Part shown: positions 12,487 to 24,027 of the stretch, one piece after another | Position numbering within the stretch: position 1 is the stretch's first letter | Layout of the letters: each line of letters begins with the position of its first letter | Source: Macrostomum hystrix | Lineage: Eukaryota > Animalia > Platyhelminthes | Length of the DNA: 64,000 bases | Reading direction: 5' to 3' | Assembly (NCBI GenBank): GCA_950097015.1 | Contig: CATNEN010000014.1 | Span: 620,001-684,000 of the forward strand | Program-made: the position numbers and the translations under genes | The notes under the pieces: generated by a model | What the model was told of the DNA's origin: nothing | Databases searched by the model: none | Seen by the model: only the letters and a program-made list of their open reading frames with translations

Positions 12487-12660
12487 TGAAATACGAATCG
12501 CGAGTGCATAGCGGGTCAATTTTGTGCTTCCATCTGAAATACGAATCGCGAGTGCATAGCGGGTCAATTTTGTGCTTCCATCTGAAATACGAATCGCGAG
12601 TGCATAGCGGGTCAATTTTGTGCTTCCATCTGAAGTACGAATCGCGAGTGCATAGCGGGT
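12480..12660. repeat. 48-bp tandem repeat (about 4 units) containing the splice acceptor of the pseudo-exon
   Basis: TTCCATCTGAAATACGAATCGCGAGTGCATAGCGGGTCAATTTTGTGC at 12480, 12528, 12576 and 12624. Confidence 0.93.
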
Positions 12661-12848
12661 CAGCTTCCTAAATGATTGGCTCTATCATTTGGTGACACTG
12701 AATAATTTCAGGTATATCAAAGGTGCACATGGGCAATGAAATTCATTCCGGGGTTTCAGACTGCTAATTGAAATGCGAATTGGCAGCGAAAGTGTTTAAT
12801 ATTTCAGTTCGATATTCATTCAGAAAAAACTGAGAGTTGAGCAGCATT

Positions 12849-15800
12849 TGTACTGGAGCAATCCAAAAAAAGGCCGATAGCTAGTAGCCAATTATGCTGT
12901 GCTCAAAAACGGTAGGCAAATCGCGCTAACCAACCACTTGAACCGGAGGGGGGAGCCTCCACACGTTTATTATATAATTCAGTGCAAATAGGCTAAAACG
13001 GAGGGGGTGGGTGGACGATGCCACTGCACAATGCGAACGAGGGTTAGAGAAACAAGGTGAGTGCGCAGAGTGGAAGCGGACGTACAGTAATTGTAAATAA
13101 GGTAGATTTAAATAAGCATACAGCGAGTCAGCGACCAATCATACCACCTGCCTCCCGAACATTCCCCCCACCTTGACATGACAATGACAAAAAAAGCTAT
13201 TCGATGACAAACAAAAATTGAACGAATGTCGAATCAACAGCAACCTGCACGGACTAAACCTAACGACAAGCAATGCTAACACCTACCGGCACAAATACTT
13301 AGAGTACGAACATGCGTGCGTGTGGAATGCGGAACAAAGGATTATAATCAATATGGATCAAAAAATTCTTAAATAAATATTAATAACGCGATTTACTTCA
13401 ACTGAAAAACTAGCACAAACAAATGAAATACCGTCACCAAATAGTCACAACATTTGTTACCTTGAAAAAAAACAACAAAGAAACGACATTTAAATGAAAT
13501 GATGGATTTTAATTAAATCTCAAGTCTACTCCAACCTCGTAAACAATTCTCAACTCTAAACCAGCCAGTACGCGACACACCTGAAACGAAAAACTTACGC
13601 AGCGATACGTTCAAGCATATAAATCAGCTTACATGTACTCGTATGATGCGCTCCTACTCTAAATTTGCAAACGAAAAATTCGAAACAGAAAAAAAACTGA
13701 CCAAAGCAAAAAAACGATTTAGAAAACGCATTTTAACGCTACCTTACTTAAATATGCAAGACAAAATAAACCCTACACCGATATTGCAACGCTCTAATGA
13801 GAAACAACACCGCAGCATAAAAACAAAACAAAGTACGGAACAATAACCAAAAATAATACGACTCAAATAGTCTGCAATCTCGCACTCAACTGACAGTCCA
13901 ACGATTTTAACACTCCAATTCAAACAAAAAAAACTTCAGCCAGCTGAAATCGGGCACAACTTAGTTATTGGTCGCGTCATTGTGCGGTCACCGACTCTGA
14001 TCGTGGCGACTCTCACGTGACCGTCGGGGCCGCGAGTCACCTCCAACACGCGAGCCAGCGGCCAATGACCTCGAGGCGAGTCCGGACTCACGAGCAGCGC
14101 CACGTCTCCGGGCTGTAGATCAGGAAGCTCTCGGCGCCACTTGCTGCGCGGCGCGAGTCCCGGCAGCCACTCGCGCAACCACCGCCGCCAGACCTGCGCC
14201 CCTAGCTGCTGAACATGTCGCCATCTTTTTGAAGGGCTGCGCGCGATGTCCACGTCCACCTCCGGAGCAAACTGCCCACCGCCTTGACCGATGAGGAAGT
14301 GGTTTGGAGTCAGCGGAACGTCGTCGCTCGGATGGGCCGATTGGTAGGTCAGTGGTCTCGAATTTAACAGCGCTTCCGCTCCAGCAACGGCACTCAGCAG
14401 CTCCTCGTCCGTGACGTTCGCCTCCTTCAACGTATTCCAAATAGCCTTCTTTGCCGCCTTTATCATTATTTCATGCACGCCGCCGAAGTGCGGAGCAGCG
14501 GGAGGATTGAAGTGCCATCGCATCTGCTGGTAGGCTGTCTGTTGCTGCAGCTTCTTGGTGTCCAACGCGTTGACCAGTTCCTGAAGTTCGCGCACAGCTC
14601 CGACGAAGTTTGTGCCGTTGTCCGAAAACACTTCGATTGGATGTCCTCGCCGACTCGTCATCCGGTGCAGGGCCCGTAGAAACGAATCAGTGTCCAGACC
14701 AAACGCCACTTCCAGATGGACGGCTCGTGTCGCCAGGCAGGTGAACAACGACAAATATCTCTTCTGCCGAGCCTTTCCACGACCCTGCTTGGTCATGAAC
14801 GGACCGGCGAAGTCAACGGCAACTCGTGCAAACGCGCGAAGCGGCTCCTGGAATCGACAGGACGGCAGCGGCGCCATGATCTGGTTCGCCGGCCGCGCTT
14901 TCCGTCTGCGACATTCTGCGCACTTCGCCTCCTTACTTGCCAGTTGCACTCCCAGGACTGCAGCCATGAGTTCCAATCTCGGCGTGCTCATGGTTGTGAT
15001 TGGAGCAACCCGTGTCTTCGAGGTAACAAGCCGAGCTGACCCCTCGCCGTTAGCTGTTTCACTTCTCCAGTAGCACACAGCTCCGTACGCTTTCTCCGAC
15101 GCATCCACAAACACGTGCAGACTACCATTTTTTGCCTCTGCCTCCTCCAGCGCCCTCGGTAGTCGGATCTCACTCAGGTGTTTCAGGTCTCTGCACCAAT
15201 CGCTCGCTCTCGCTAAGAGGTCCGCATTCAGCGTTTCGTCCCAATCAAGACCACACTGCCACAGCTCCTGCATTAACATTTTTGCTTGCACAACAAATGG
15301 AGAAATCAAACCAAGCGGATCAAAGACGCTCGCCAGCTTCTTCAACAGACTTCTCTTGGTGGTCACCTGACACGCATCTAATTCTTGCTTAAACGTGAAT
15401 TCGTCTTGCTCACTCTGCCAAGTGACACCTAATGTCTTGGTGCTCGGGAGTTCTCTGCTGTCTAAGGTCACCTCAGCTGCTCGATCGTCCGGCGGCACTT
15501 GCTTGAGCACAGCTCTTGAATTCGACACCCACTTGCGCGCATGCATGCCGGCGCGTCTCCATAACTCTCTGAGCTGCTCGTACAACCGGCAGGCAGCGGC
15601 CTCGTTGGGTGCTGAGTCGAGACTGTCGTCCATGTATGTTGAGTGCAACACTGTCTCTGCCGCCTCCGGTAGCTCGCTTTTCAGTTTCTCGGCATGAGAG
15701 CGGATGACGAATTGTGCTAAGAACGGCGAGCTCGTGACTCCGAACACTACTCGATTGAACTCGTAGACATCCGGCGGCCTGGAAGCGTCGGCATCCCGCC

Positions 15801-18800
15801 ACAGGAAACTGTGCAGCGGCCTGTCCTTGGGCTCCATCTCGATTTGCAGGTACATCTCCGCGACATCGCATGCGATCGCGATGGGAAATCGACGGAACCG
15901 AAGCAGAACTTCCACCAGGTCGCGCTGCAGCTTGGGACCCTGGAGGATCTGGTCATTCAATGCGGCAGCTGACGCGTCGAACACAATCCGCACTTTTGTT
16001 GTCGCCTTATCCGGCCGCAGCACCGGGAAATGTGGCAGAAAACAGCGTTCTTCGTTCTCAGCTTGCGCAACCTTCCGGACATAGCCTTGCTGCACGTACT
16101 TGTCGATCACGGCTTGATACTGTCTGCGAATTTGCATGTCCTTCATCAGTCGCTGTTCGGTGTTCTTCAACCGCTTCAAGGCCATCGGAAAAGTGTCTTT
16201 CGGGCACAAACGTTTTTCCTTCCAGGGAATCCCGATCTGGTAGCGCCCATTACTATACTGCAACGATGCGTTAGCTTGATTGATGGCTTTCTCCTCGTCA
16301 GACGTCAATGGATTTCGACTGTCCTCATCCGCGACGTTCTCGATCTCCCAAAACTGTCTGAGGATGCTGGACACCTGACTGCTCTCGGTTTCGCAGCTGA
16401 AGAACGTGGTGGCGAAATGGGTGCTCTGCCTTTTTGAGCTTAACGTCTGCTCTGTGCGACCGATGCACGTCCACCCCAGCGGTGTGAGGCGAGCTTTCGG
16501 CTCCCATGGCTGTCCGACAACCTCTTCGAGTGACACGTGAAAATCCGGGTAATCCGCTCCGATCAGCAGGTCCACGACAGCTGGTTCACAGAGCTTGGGA
16601 AACGGCACGTCCCGGAGATGCGGCCACCACTGCCCCAGCTCGCGCCAGTTGACGCCTTTGAGGGATCCCGTCACGTGATCTGCAGTGAAGGCGGTGAGCT
16701 CAGTGGATGCACGACCGTCCATGCTTTCCACGGTGAAGCTGATCGGGGCTGTCATGAACGTCTCCGATTGACCGTTGATCACGCCTACCTCGACCTTCTC
16801 GAGAGCTCCCTGCAGTCCTAGCGCTTGCGCGATCCCGACGTTGATGTAGCTCCTAGTGCTGGCGTCATCCAGCAGCGCGTTCACCTTCAGCTTCCGCGCC
16901 CCGTGTCTCAGGACTACTGGCACTGTTCGAAGTGAGACGTCGCTCTTGCTGGCCGACAGCAGCGTCACGGAACCGGCTTGTTTCGAACTGTTCGACCCGG
17001 CGACCTCGCCCGGCTTGGCGTCTGACGGCTTGGCTTGGTTTCGCTTGGCTTGGCTAGGCTCGACGAGATCGATGGTGGCTTGGTGTTTGTCAGCGTGCAG
17101 CAAGCGATGATGGAATTTCGAGCAGTTGTCGATGCCGCATTGTCGGCTGCGCCTGCACTTACTGCTCACATGGCCTTGGCCTAAGCACCTGAAACAGGCC
17201 TTTGAGCGCTGCGCAGCCTCCCAGCGCTTGTTCACCGGAAGCTTCTTGAACTCGCTGCAGGACCACAACTCGTGGTCACCTTGGCACACCATGCAACTTT
17301 TCGACTGCCCTTTTTTCTCACTCACGGTGCTATGAAATGTCTTCGGTCGTTGGTCCCGCGCTCCGCGGTGGATGGACTTCTGGCTCTCTAGGTGAGGCGT
17401 GGCAACGCCCTGCACGATTTCCAACGCTTCGGTCTGAAATTCCGCTTCTTGCAGCACCCACATCCGAAGATTCCTGACACTTTCCTGCTTCCGTTGCTCA
17501 AAGATCCACCTCCGATAGTGGGAAACCATTTGCTCGGGCAGTTTCTTCTGCAGTCTGACATACAGCATTCCATCTTGCAGCTCAGTGTCCTTTCCAGCCT
17601 CTTCTAAATTAATCACGGCTATATCCAGCAAATTTGCAAAACTTTTCAGATCTTTAGTGTTTCCGTAGCGCACAGCAGGAAAGTTATCCAACTCCTCCAA
17701 GTGCAAGGCGAGTTGCCGGCGTTTTCCACCGAACTTTCTATCAAGTCTTTCCTTGGCTGCCTCATATGCCGTCGCTGAGTGCCCTAAGTGCTCGATGACC
17801 TTCAATGCCTCACCTTGTAGATACTGCCTGAGTTGCAGCAGTTTAAACTCGGGCGTAGCGGGGGCGCTATCAATGCACGCCACAAAAGCTGCCTTCCAGT
17901 TCTCGTAACTCTGCTTGTCCCCACTGAACGTTGGGATTTCAACACGCTTTAACATCTTCCACAGGTCCTTGGAGATCTCCTTGGGGTGCGACGCCTTGCT
18001 GGACACAGCGCTAACAGAAAGTCTGTCTAACTCACCAACTGCTTCGTCTTGGTTTGCAGCAGCGTCTTCGGCATTTGCCCTCGCAGCAGGAGGCGCTTCT
18101 TGTTCGCGTTGCGCTTGACGGCCCCTGGCAGATTCGACGCGTTGAATCGCAGCCTGGTAGTCGCGCTCCATCTCCTCCATCTCGTCGAGCAGACGCTGTC
18201 GCCTCTCGTCGTCCTTTGTGCTCACGTAGCCTTCGTAAAGCTGTTCCTGAATGGTGCTGACTTGCTCCTGCAGATCCGACAGGTTATCACAGGCTTCTTG
18301 CACTTCGTCGTCAGAAGCGCGTTTCTGTAGCAGCCATGATAGCTTGCTCTTACACCGAGTTAGCGTTGCCTTTCTTCTGGACTTCTCAAAGCGCAGCTTC
18401 TCCAAATGCAGCGCGCGATCATCTTCTTGTTCGTCCTGCTGCGGTGGAATGTCGTTGTCGTGTTCCATCGTGGCCTCTGGTTGCACAGTAGTTGTTGTTT
18501 ATTCAGCGTGGAAACTTAGGCCTTGCCCAACCACGCTCTGCTACCAAAATAATGTACTGGAGCAATCCAAAAAAAGGCCGATAGCTAGTAGCCAATTATG
18601 CTGTGCTCAAAAACGGTAGGCAAATCGCGCTAACCAACCACTTGAACCGGAGGGGGGAGCCTCCACACGTTTATTATATAATTCAGTGCAAATAGGCTAA
18701 AACGGAGGGGGTGGGTGGACGATGCCACTGCACAATGCGAACGAGGGTTAGAGAAACAAGGTGAGTGCGCAGAGTGGAAGCGGACGTACAGTAATTGTAA

Positions 18801-18865
18801 ATAAGGTAGATTTAAATAAGCATACAGCGAGTCAGCGACCAATCATACCACCTGCCTCCCGAACA
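12849..18865 (-). mobile_element. BEL/Pao LTR retrotransposon, young insertion with an internal in-frame deletion
   Basis: LTRs 12849-13161 and 18553-18865 (313 bp, TG..CA, no differences seen by eye). GCATT TSD at 12844-12848 and 18866-18870. PBS TGGTAGCAGAGCGTGGTT inside the 5' LTR; PPT GGTGGGGGGAA next to the 3' LTR. Confidence 0.98.
13936..18486 (-). CDS. BEL/Pao gag-pol polyprotein (1516 aa)
   Basis: Three Cys-His knuckles, protease (ALLDDAST), RT (YMDDSLDS), RNase H start (HVFVDASEKAYG, PRLELMAA), integrase core (VDFAGP, SDNGTNF, GGVHE). The order PR-RT-RH-IN and these motifs are BEL/Pao-type. Confidence 0.97.
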   Translation of the reverse strand: MQPEATMEHDNDIPPQQDEQEDDRALHLEKLRFEKSRRKATLTRCKSKLSWLLQKRASDDEVQEACDNLSDLQEQVSTIQEQLYEGYVSTKDDERRQRLLDEMEEMERDYQAAIQRVESARGRQAQREQEAPPAARANAEDAAANQDEAVGELDRLSVSAVSSKASHPKEISKDLWKMLKRVEIPTFSGDKQSYENWKAAFVACIDSAPATPEFKLLQLRQYLQGEALKVIEHLGHSATAYEAAKERLDRKFGGKRRQLALHLEELDNFPAVRYGNTKDLKSFANLLDIAVINLEEAGKDTELQDGMLYVRLQKKLPEQMVSHYRRWIFEQRKQESVRNLRMWVLQEAEFQTEALEIVQGVATPHLESQKSIHRGARDQRPKTFHSTVSEKKGQSKSCMVCQGDHELWSCSEFKKLPVNKRWEAAQRSKACFRCLGQGHVSSKCRRSRQCGIDNCSKFHHRLLHADKHQATIDLVEPSQAKRNQAKPSDAKPGEVAGSNSSKQAGSVTLLSASKSDVSLRTVPVVLRHGARKLKVNALLDDASTRSYINVGIAQALGLQGALEKVEVGVINGQSETFMTAPISFTVESMDGRASTELTAFTADHVTGSLKGVNWRELGQWWPHLRDVPFPKLCEPAVVDLLIGADYPDFHVSLEEVVGQPWEPKARLTPLGWTCIGRTEQTLSSKRQSTHFATTFFSCETESSQVSSILRQFWEIENVADEDSRNPLTSDEEKAINQANASLQYSNGRYQIGIPWKEKRLCPKDTFPMALKRLKNTEQRLMKDMQIRRQYQAVIDKYVQQGYVRKVAQAENEERCFLPHFPVLRPDKATTKVRIVFDASAAALNDQILQGPKLQRDLVEVLLRFRRFPIAIACDVAEMYLQIEMEPKDRPLHSFLWRDADASRPPDVYEFNRVVFGVTSSPFLAQFVIRSHAEKLKSELPEAAETVLHSTYMDDSLDSAPNEAAACRLYEQLRELWRRAGMHARKWVSNSRAVLKQVPPDDRAAEVTLDSRELPSTKTLGVTWQSEQDEFTFKQELDACQVTTKRSLLKKLASVFDPLGLISPFVVQAKMLMQELWQCGLDWDETLNADLLARASDWCRDLKHLSEIRLPRALEEAEAKNGSLHVFVDASEKAYGAVCYWRSETANGEGSARLVTSKTRVAPITTMSTPRLELMAAVLGVQLASKEAKCAECRRRKARPANQIMAPLPSCRFQEPLRAFARVAVDFAGPFMTKQGRGKARQKRYLSLFTCLATRAVHLEVAFGLDTDSFLRALHRMTSRRGHPIEVFSDNGTNFVGAVRELQELVNALDTKKLQQQTAYQQMRWHFNPPAAPHFGGVHEIMIKAAKKAIWNTLKEANVTDEELLSAVAGAEALLNSRPLTYQSAHPSDDVPLTPNHFLIGQGGGQFAPEVDVDIARSPSKRWRHVQQLGAQVWRRWLREWLPGLAPRSKWRRELPDLQPGDVALLVSPDSPRGHWPLARVLEVTRGPDGHVRVATIRVGDRTMTRPITKLCPISAG

Positions 18866-19765
18866 GCATTACTCAAACATCGTTGACATATTTTTGCGAT
18901 GCTGACAAAAACGGACCTTGTCACTCGAGCCAAGAAATTTTGTTCATGCCGTGAGAAACTTTCGTTGGACGCAGCTGCACCAGAAATTTGTTTTGCGAAA
19001 CTTTTAACGGTGCTGAAAGTTATTCACAAAACATGCAAAAAAGCTTCAGGATCCGGCAAGCATGTTGGGCTTCATTAAGTTTCCAGCCTGAATGTTAAGT
19101 TTGATAATTGGCAAAACTTTTCGTCAATAAATTTCAGCTGTCAATAATTCAGCTTGCCTATCACAAGCGGAAATGCGGCATAAATGAATGATGGCGCGAA
19201 TAATTATCATCTCGCTGGACAATTCGATAAAATGCTGCGCTCTTCATACGCAGCAAGCAGATTTGTCGATGCTCACCCAAGTAGCACAGTAAATTTTGCG
19301 ATATTGCTTTTCCAGCTCTGGTGCTAGAAAATTGCTAATCAGTTCGTGCTCCACTCAGTTCCACTCCTTGGAAACGCTGATTGCATTTTGGCATGTCTTC
19401 TCCAGAGTCCATTGAAGCGTCTTCAGCCGAAATGGTGTCGAAGTACTCATCCACCCTTGAAACGTCCAGTTGATCAATCGACAATGCACTCAACTCGTTC
19501 TCAATGTAGGACGGGCAGATATCATGTTTCTCGGTGTTCATCCTCTTCTCGAGTTCTTCTTGCAAAAGACCCACCACGTCTCCACGAGAGATGTCCAGAA
19601 AACCACTCGGGTAGCTGCTGTGCTCCATTTCCGACGATCTCAGATGCTCGTCTAAGTTCAGGTCGTCTTAGATTCTCTCAGGCTTAATATCCGATAGATT
19701 TCCTTTCCTTGCCCTATTTATGTTATATACGAGCGTAACATAGCTGAGTTTAACTAATTCTATGT

Positions 19766-22700
19766 GAGTTTCGCCCCCACACCCCCAATTTCTTACCCCC
19801 CCCCAAGTACTAGGCGACCTCAATACTATTTGGTTCAAATCCAGTGGCAGCTCTCAGGCCACTAATTTCTGTCCCCCCCTAGTACTAGGCGACCTCAATA
19901 CTCTTTGGTTCAAATCCAGTGGCAGCTCTCAGGCCACTAATTTCTGTCCCCCCCCTAGTACTAGGCGACCTCAATACTCTTTGGTTCAAATCCAGTGGCA
20001 GCTCTCAGGCCACTAATTTCTGTCCCCCCCTAGTACTAGGCGACCCCAATACTCTTTGGTTCAAATCCAGTGGCAGCTCTCAGGCCACTAATTTCTGTCC
20101 CCCCCCCTAGTACTAGGCGACCTCAATACTCTTTGGTTCAAATCCAGTGGCAGCTCTCAGGCCACTAATTTCTGTCCCCCCCTAGTACTAGGCGACCCCA
20201 ATACTCTTTGGTTCAAATCCAGTGGCAGCTCTCAGGCCACTAATTTCTGTCCCCCCCTAGTACTAGGCGACCTCAATACTCTTTGGTTCAAATCCAGTGG
20301 CAGCTCTCAGGCCACTAATTTCTGTCCCCCCCCTAGTACTAGGCGACCTCAATACTCTTTGGTTCAAATCCAGTGGCAGCTCTCAGGCCACTAATTTCTG
20401 TCCCCCCCTAGTACTAGGCGACCTCAATACTCTTTGGTTCAAATCCAGTGGCAGCTCTCAGGCCACTAATTTCTGTCCCCCCCTAGTACTAGGCGACCTC
20501 AATTATTTTTGGTTCAAATCCAGTGGCAGCTCTCAGGCCACTAATTTCTGTCCCCCCTAGTACTAGGCGACCTCAATACTCTTTGGTTCAAATCCAGTGG
20601 CAGCTCTCAGGCCACTAATTTCTGTCCCCCCCCTAGTACTAGGCGACCTCAATACTCTTTGGTTCAAATCCAGTGGCAGCTCTCAGGCCACTAATTTCTG
20701 TCCCCCCCCCTAGTACTAGGCGACCTCAATACTCTTTGGTTCAAATCCAGTGGCAGCTCTCAGGCCACTAATTTCTGTCCCCCCCTAGTACTAGGCGACC
20801 TCAATACTCTTTGGTTCAAATCCAGTGGCAGCTCTCAGGCCACTAATTTCTGTCCCCCCCCCCTAGTACTAGGCGACCTCAATACTCTTTGGTTCAAATC
20901 CAGTGGCAGCTCTCAGGCCACTAATTTCTGTCCCCCCCTAGTACTAGGCGACCCCAATACTCTTTGGTTCAAATCCAGTGGCAGCTCTCAGGCCACTAAT
21001 TTCTGTCCCCCCCCTAGTACTAGGCGACCTCAATACTCTTTGGTTCAAATCCAGTGGCAGCTCTCAGGCCACTAATTTCTGTCCCCCCCTAGTACTAGGC
21101 GACCTCAATACTCTTTGGTTCAAATCCAGTGGCAGCTCTCAGGCCACTAATTTCTGTCCCCCCCTAGTACTAGGCGACCTCAATTATTTTTGGTTCAAAT
21201 CCAGTGGCAGCTCTCAGGCCACTAATTTCTGTCCCCCCTAGTACTAGGCGACCTCAATACTCTTTGGTTCAAATCCAGTGGCAGCTCTCAGGCCACTAAT
21301 TTCTGTCCCCCCCCTAGTACTAGGCGACCTCAATACTCTTTGGTTCAAATCCAGTGGCAGCTCTCAGGCCACTAATTTCTGTCCCCCCCTAGTACTAGGC
21401 GACCTCAATTATTTTTGGTTCAAATCCAGTGGCAGCTCTCAGGCCACTAATTTCTGTCCCCCCCTAGTACTAGGCGACCTCAATACTCTTTGGTTCAAAT
21501 CCAGTGGCAGCTCTCAGGCCACTAATTTCTGTCCCCCCCCTAGTACTAGGCGACCTCAATACTCTTTGCTTCAAATCCAGTGGCAGCTCTCAGGCCACTA
21601 ATTTCTGTCCCCCCCCCTAGTACTAGGCGACCTCAATTATTTTTGGTTCAAATCCAGTGGCAGCTCTCAGGCCACTAATTTCTGTCCCCCCCTAGTACTA
21701 GGCGACCCCAATACTCTTTGGTTCAAATCCAGTGGCAGCTCTCAGGCCACTAATTTCTGTCCCCCCCCCTAGTACTAGGCGACCTCAATACTCTTTGGTT
21801 CAAATCCAGTGGCAGCTCTCAGGCCACTAATTTCTGTCCCCCCCTAGTACTAGGCGACCCCAATACTCTTTGGTTCAAATCCAGTGGCAGCTCTCAGGCC
21901 ACTAATTTCTGTCCCCCCCCTAGTACTAGGCGACCTCAATACTCTTTGGTTCAAATCCAGTGGCAGCTCTCAGGCCACTAATTTCTGTCCCCCCCTAGTA
22001 CTAGGCGACCTCAATACTCTTTGGTTCAAATCCAGTGGCAGCTCTCAGGCCACTAATTTCTGTCCCCCCCTAGTACTAGGCGACCTCAATACTCTTTGGT
22101 TCAAATCCAGTGGCAGCTCTCAGGCCACTAATTTCTGTCCCCCCCCTAGTACTAGGCGACCTCAATACTCTTTGGTTCAAATCCAGTGGCAGCTCTCAGG
22201 CCACTAATTTCTGTCCCCCCCTAGTACTAGGCGACCTCAATACTCTTTGGTTCAAATCCAGTGGCAGCTCTCAGGCCACTAATTTCTGTCCCCCCCTAGT
22301 ACTAGGCGACCTCAATACTCTTTGGTTCAAATCCAGTGGCAGCTCTCAGGCCACTAATTTCTGTCCCCCCCTAGTACTAGGCGACCTCAATACTCTTTGG
22401 TTCAAATCCAGTGGCAGCTCTCAGGCCACTAATTTCTGTCCCCCCCCTAGTACTAGGCGACCTCAATACTCTTTGGTTCAAATCCAGTGGCAGCTCTCAG
22501 GCCACTAATTTCTGTCCCCCCCTAGTACTAGGCGACCTCAATACTCTTTGGTTCAAATCCAGTGGCAGCTCTCAGGCCACTAATTTCTGTCCCCCCCCTA
22601 GTACTAGGCGACCTCAATTATTTTTGGTTCAAATCCAGTGGCAGCTCTCAGGCCACTAATTTCTGTCCCCCCCTAGTACTAGGCGACCTCAATACTCTTT

Positions 22701-23114
22701 GGTTCAAATCCAGTGGCAGCTCTCAGGCCACTAATTTCTGTCCCCCCCCTAGTACTAGGCGACCTCAATTATTTTTGGTTCAAATCCAGTGGCAGCTCTC
22801 AGGCCACTAATTTCTGTCCCCCCCTAGTACTAGGCGACCTCAATACTCTTTGGTTCAAATCCAGTGGCAGCTCTCAGGCCACTAATTTCTGTCCCCCCCC
22901 TAGTACTAGGCGACCTCAATACTCTTTGGTTCAAATCCAGTGGCAGCTCTCAGGCCACTAATTTCTGTCCCCCCCCTAGTACTAGGCGACCTCAATACTC
23001 TTTGGTTCAAATCCAGTGGCAGCTCTCAGGCCACTAATTTCTGTCCCCCCCCTAGTACTAGGCGACCTCAATACTCTTTGGTTCAAATCCAGTGGCAGCT
23101 CTCAGGCCACTAAT
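19766..23114. repeat. 75-78-bp satellite-like array, about 44 units (poly-C length varies)
   Basis: TAGTACTAGGCGACCTCAATACTCTTTGGTTCAAATCCAGTGGCAGCTCTCAGGCCACTAATTTCTGT(C)n in tandem. Confidence 0.98.
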
Positions 23115-24027
23115 TTCTATGTCTATCGGCAGAACCAATGCATCAGGCTCCGGGAATGGCATTAACTCAATCCGAGAATGACACATCGGGTTCCAGGAAT
23201 GCCATGTCTATGGCAAATTTAGAAAGAATGCAATTCCTTCCGGTTAGTTCGTCAAGAAATGGCTTTTTATTCCCTTCGGGCTCGCCGTGAAGCGCCATTT
23301 CTGGACTCTCTAAGCGGAAGGAATATTGCCATTCCTTGATCAAGTGATTAAGTATTCATTGGGCCCGGAATCACATCTCTATTGCGCTTATACTAAAACT
23401 TCGTCTATGGCTAATTTCTCAAGAAAACTATGAGCGGTACGCAATAATCGTGCCGCAATGATTCGGCCATAGAATAGTATCTTTACAATGTACTAAGATC
23501 TCGCATTGTGAATGGTAGCGGCACTCTACCACTCCGCGCACAACAAGCCCATTTTGCCACGAGTTCACAAATTTGCATTTAGTAGAAGAAACCAGAAACT
23601 CGCAATGCCAGTCCTGACCCGGCTTGGGTCGGGGTGTTGTGGATCGCTGCACAGAGCGGGCAAGTGTGAACCGTGCGCTGTTCGCCTGCTGTACTCTGCG
23701 CTGCGGCCGCGGAGGGGTGAGAATGCGCTGCTAATGGCTGACTCAGTGCACAGACACCTCTGTGCCCGGCCTGGACCCAGCGTGCGCAGCAGCAGGCCAA
23801 CACTGCCTATTTATTAATCTCACTGTATCGCTTTCTTTAGCGCCATTCGCACGCACAAGCGCAAGCAGATAATCAGATAGCCAGCACAAGGTAGGAGACT
23901 ATAGATTAAGAAAGCTCTGATTCCATCCAGTCTGTTTACACCAGCCGATTGCTGCGACGATACAAGCTTACCCAGTGGAAGTCTTGGTCTGCAGACCCAC
24001 TGAGAAAAGCGAGTTATTTAGGCAAGC

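Noticed and set aside
12926-13138. 70-aa ORF duplicated at 18630-18842
   Set aside because: It lies within the two LTRs; the duplication reflects LTR identity, not a gene.
19766-23114. CRISPR array
   Set aside because: There are no unique spacers and no cas genes, units are contiguous, and the context is eukaryotic.
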